Part shown: piece by piece, positions 61,553 to 64,000 of the stretch
Numbering within the stretch: position 1 is the first letter of the stretch
Layout: every line of letters starts with the position of its first letter
Assembly (NCBI GenBank): GCA_041580235.1
Contig: JBFGEG010000004.1
Coordinates: 1,472-65,471 of the forward strand
Direction of reading: 5' to 3'
Origin: Phycisphaerales bacterium
GTDB taxonomy: Bacteria > Planctomycetota > Phycisphaerae > Phycisphaerales > SM1A02
DNA: 64,000 nt
Program-made: the position numbers and the translations under genes
Notes under the pieces: model-generated
What the model saw: only the letters and a program-made list of their open reading frames with translations
Databases searched by the model: none
What the model was told of the DNA's origin: nothing

Positions 61553-62577
61553 ACGCCGTCCTCACGTTCCTGGAGACGAACCGACAACGCTTGCACCTCG
61601 ACGACCACGGCGTCCCCCAACCGGCCTCCTGGGTGATCCGGACGGGGCAGTCGCGGACATCGAGTCACGTGGTGGTACTGATCCTGGACCCGCGGCACGG
61701 CCACCCGCGTCTGGTGGCCAAGGTGGGGCGTCTTCCGGGCGTGACCGGCCGACTCGCCACGGAGGCGTCGAACCTGGAGGCGGTGCACGCACTGCGCCCG
61801 GGCGGATTCGACTCCATACCCCGACTCGTCTCCGTCGAGACGTTTCACGGTCATTGCCTCCTGCTGCTGACCGCGCTGGTCGGAGCGCCGCTCGAACCAG
61901 CGCTCCGCGGCGACCTCGCGGGCGTCTGCTCAACGGTCACGGAGTGGCTCATCGAGCTGCATCGCCACAGCCGGTCGAGTCACGAGGGGTGGTACGAGCG
62001 GCTGGTTGAGCAGCCGTCGGATCACTTCGCACAGATCTTTCCCCTGTCACCGGACGAGGCATCGCTCGTGGATCGCACACGCCAGCTCGCCGAGAGCGTG
62101 CGGCGGGATTCCCTCCCGCTCGTGTTCGAGCAAGGTGACATGAGCCGTCCCAACATCCTGCTCCTGGAGAAAGGCGGGGCGGGCGTCGTCGATTGGGAGC
62201 TGGCGCAACCAACGGGCCTGCCCGCATGCGACCTCTTCTTCTTTCTCGCCAACGCGTCCTTCGCCCGGGCCGGCTCCCACAGGACGGGCGATTACGTGAC
62301 GGCATTCCGGGCGGCGTACTTCGGTCGAGGGGCGTGGGCGCGGCCCTATGTCAGGCGATACGCCGAAGCGATCGGCCTTGACGAAGCAATGCTCACACCG
62401 CTGTTCGTCCTGTGCTGGGCTCGGTATACGGACAACCTGCTGCGGCGTCTTGACGAGCCGAGCGCCGCCCGTGAGAGGCCGAGACCGGAGACGGTGCACT
62501 GGCTGCGTGGATATCGCTTGTACACGCTGTGGCAGTACACGATCGCGCACATCGATGAGCTCGACTGGGAAGACTGA
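61549..62577 (+). CDS. aminoglycoside/choline-kinase-type phosphotransferase (APH family)
   Basis: Catalytic loop QGDMSRPNILL and Mg-binding VVDWE. GTGA overlap with the upstream stop. Confidence 0.75.
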   Translation: MNAVLTFLETNRQRLHLDDHGVPQPASWVIRTGQSRTSSHVVVLILDPRHGHPRLVAKVGRLPGVTGRLATEASNLEAVHALRPGGFDSIPRLVSVETFHGHCLLLLTALVGAPLEPALRGDLAGVCSTVTEWLIELHRHSRSSHEGWYERLVEQPSDHFAQIFPLSPDEASLVDRTRQLAESVRRDSLPLVFEQGDMSRPNILLLEKGGAGVVDWELAQPTGLPACDLFFFLANASFARAGSHRTGDYVTAFRAAYFGRGAWARPYVRRYAEAIGLDEAMLTPLFVLCWARYTDNLLRRLDEPSAARERPRPETVHWLRGYRLYTLWQYTIAHIDELDWED

Positions 62578-63467
62578 TGCCAGAGACAGATCTTGATTTC
62601 TCCATCGTCGTACCGGTGCACAACGAGGAGCGGCATCTCGAGGGCTGTATTGACGCACTGCTCGGCCTGGACTATCCGGCTGATCGATTCGAGATCATCA
62701 TGGTCGACAACAACTCCACGGATCGATCGGTGGAGATCATTCGGCGTTATCCCCGTCTCCGGCTCTTCGAGGAGACGCGACAGGGGGACTTCGCGGCCCG
62801 CAATCGGGGCATCGCGGAGTCCACGGGGGCGATCATCGCGTTCACCGACTCGGACACCGCGCCTTCCGGGAGCTGGCTGACGAGCATCGCGGCGGTGATG
62901 GGCGATCCGGGCATCCAGATCGTCGTCGGCCGCATCCGGTTCGCGTCCGAGAGCCGGCTGATGTCCATGCTGGCGGAGTACGAGGCGCAGAAGAACGAGC
63001 ACATCTTCTCCAGCGGCATCAAGGAGCTCTACTACGGGTACACCTGCAACATGGCTGTGCGGAGAACGGTGTTTGACCGCGGAGGGCTGTTCCCGGAGGT
63101 CTACCGCAGCTCTGACGTCATGCTCGTGCAACGGGTCGTGGACGAGCACTGCACCGACGCCGTGTCGTACGGTCCGGAGGTGGACGTTCGTCGCCTGGAG
63201 ATATCGACCTTCCGGGAGTATCTCCAGAAGCTCAACACCCACGGCCGTGATTTCCGGCGGTACGGCAAGCTCGCATCGGTTCGAGCACTGACCGTATCCG
63301 AGCGGCTGCGCCTGTTCAGGAGCGCCGCGCGGAGTGCGGGTTGCTCGCTGCCCGCGGCGGCGCGGTTTTTCGTCAGCCTCGCGTGCGGGGCGGTCGCCTA
63401 CGAGCTGGGCCGTCTGCAGGGCCCGGGGTCGTCAACGGCCGCGGCCCCGCTGCCGGCAAGCCAGTGA
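62577..63467 (+). CDS. family 2 glycosyltransferase
   Basis: FSIVVPVHNEE, IIMVDNNSTDRS, and DxD FTDSDT. TGATG one-nucleotide overlap with the upstream stop. Confidence 0.9.
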   Translation: MPETDLDFSIVVPVHNEERHLEGCIDALLGLDYPADRFEIIMVDNNSTDRSVEIIRRYPRLRLFEETRQGDFAARNRGIAESTGAIIAFTDSDTAPSGSWLTSIAAVMGDPGIQIVVGRIRFASESRLMSMLAEYEAQKNEHIFSSGIKELYYGYTCNMAVRRTVFDRGGLFPEVYRSSDVMLVQRVVDEHCTDAVSYGPEVDVRRLEISTFREYLQKLNTHGRDFRRYGKLASVRALTVSERLRLFRSAARSAGCSLPAAARFFVSLACGAVAYELGRLQGPGSSTAAAPLPASQ

Positions 63468-63659
63468 TTCGCCAACGTCCTCTAAGAGAGCTGCCAGACG
63501 GCGATGACCGCGTGTCGGTCCGGGGGACGGTCTGCCCAGCCGGAGCACAACGCCCACCTTCACGGCGGCCTCGGACCTTCGTGTCTTGAAGGCGGCCGGA
63601 GCGGGTTTCCAATGGTAGGGTGAGTGGTCGGAGGCGTGGACTGGCAAGGGAGTCAGGGA

Positions 63660-64000
63660 ATGCGACTCAGGAGATGGTGGTCACTTCGCGCCCAAGGTGC
63701 GTGGCGACTGACGACCGCGGCGGCCGTTCCCGCTCTCATTCTGCTCGAGCCGGCGAGCGGGTCCGGTGAAACGTCAATCACGGAAATGGTCATGTACGCC
63801 GTCGACGACGACACGGACGAGCTCGTGCGGTACAGCTTCAACGAGGACGAGTATGTCGTCATCGGCGAAGTCGTCGACGACAGCGGCAACCTCGTGGACG
63901 AGATCGAGTCGCTCGGCTACATCCCCAGCGGTCCCCACCGGGGTCTGTACGGCGTGACCAACTTCGACGGCGATCTGCAGACGAGGCTCGTGAAGATCGA
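63660..64000 (+). CDS. hypothetical secreted protein, 3'-truncated by the window end
   Basis: Not in the ORF track because it is open-ended. ATG 63660 follows GGGAG. Signal-like MRLRRWWSLRAQGAWRLTTAAAVPALILL. No stop through 64000; GC-rich third positions. Confidence 0.5.
   Translation, partial: MRLRRWWSLRAQGAWRLTTAAAVPALILLEPASGSGETSITEMVMYAVDDDTDELVRYSFNEDEYVVIGEVVDDSGNLVDEIESLGYIPSGPHRGLYGVTNFDGDLQTRLVKI

Noticed and set aside
1-64000. CRISPR arrays, rRNA genes, IS elements/transposases, prophage genes, toxin-antitoxin pairs
   Set aside because: I saw no spaced direct repeats, no rRNA-like conserved stretches, and no DDE/tyrosine/serine recombinase or phage structural motifs among the translated ORFs.

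Overview
The window is a densely coding, high-G+C bacterial chromosomal segment (about two-thirds G+C by eye, not computed). I support about 60 CDS, one tRNA-Lys(TTT), one clear intrinsic terminator and several RNA hairpins. I found no rRNA, CRISPR array, transposase or integrase.

Gene content suggests Planctomycetota, possibly Phycisphaerae-like; this is inference only. The supporting traits are:
- a DUF1559/H-X9-DG-like domain
- dockerin-like GDxDxDGxVxxxDxLxxLxxWGxC tails
- ECF sigma factors, one paired with a Ser/Thr kinase
- sulfotransferase and sulfatase-like genes
- LL-DAP aminotransferase and hopanoid hpnH

Housekeeping blocks:
- prfB, whose canonical +1 frameshift is missed by the ORF track
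- rpmI-rplT-dapL-dehydratase
- rpsP-trmD-rplS (no rimM)
- serA
- rpsO-pnp
- an aspartate-type aminotransferase
- HtrA plus an M50 protease

Accessory and less ordinary content:
1. A minus-strand FkbH-like loader / ACP / SAM-methyltransferase / MBOAT / SGNH-like cluster (48.5-54.6 kb). I read it as a Dlt-like, carrier-protein-fed surface acylation pathway, and it is my best candidate for an undescribed system.
2. A tRNA-Lys-adjacent SNF2 helicase / SWIM / orphan beta-class DNA methyltransferase operon.
3. A tightly coupled five-gene flippase / NTase-P-loop kinase / MT-fold / APH-kinase / GT2 cluster.
4. An ECF sigma whose anti-sigma carries a DUF1559-like domain.
5. An ECF-STK operon whose kinase-TPR ORF is split by a single in-frame TAG.
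6. A soluble HK / REC-PAS / HDOD / REC-HD-GYP module.
7. A secreted six-heme cytochrome and an EEP nuclease/phosphatase, both with dockerin-like tails.
8. Recurrent C-rich, G-depleted elements that span stop codons at three gene junctions.

About ten gene pairs share 1-4 nt ATGA/GTGA/TGATG stop-start overlaps. The ORF track writes GTG and TTG starts as M. Several starts were re-placed by hand using RBS and overlap logic.
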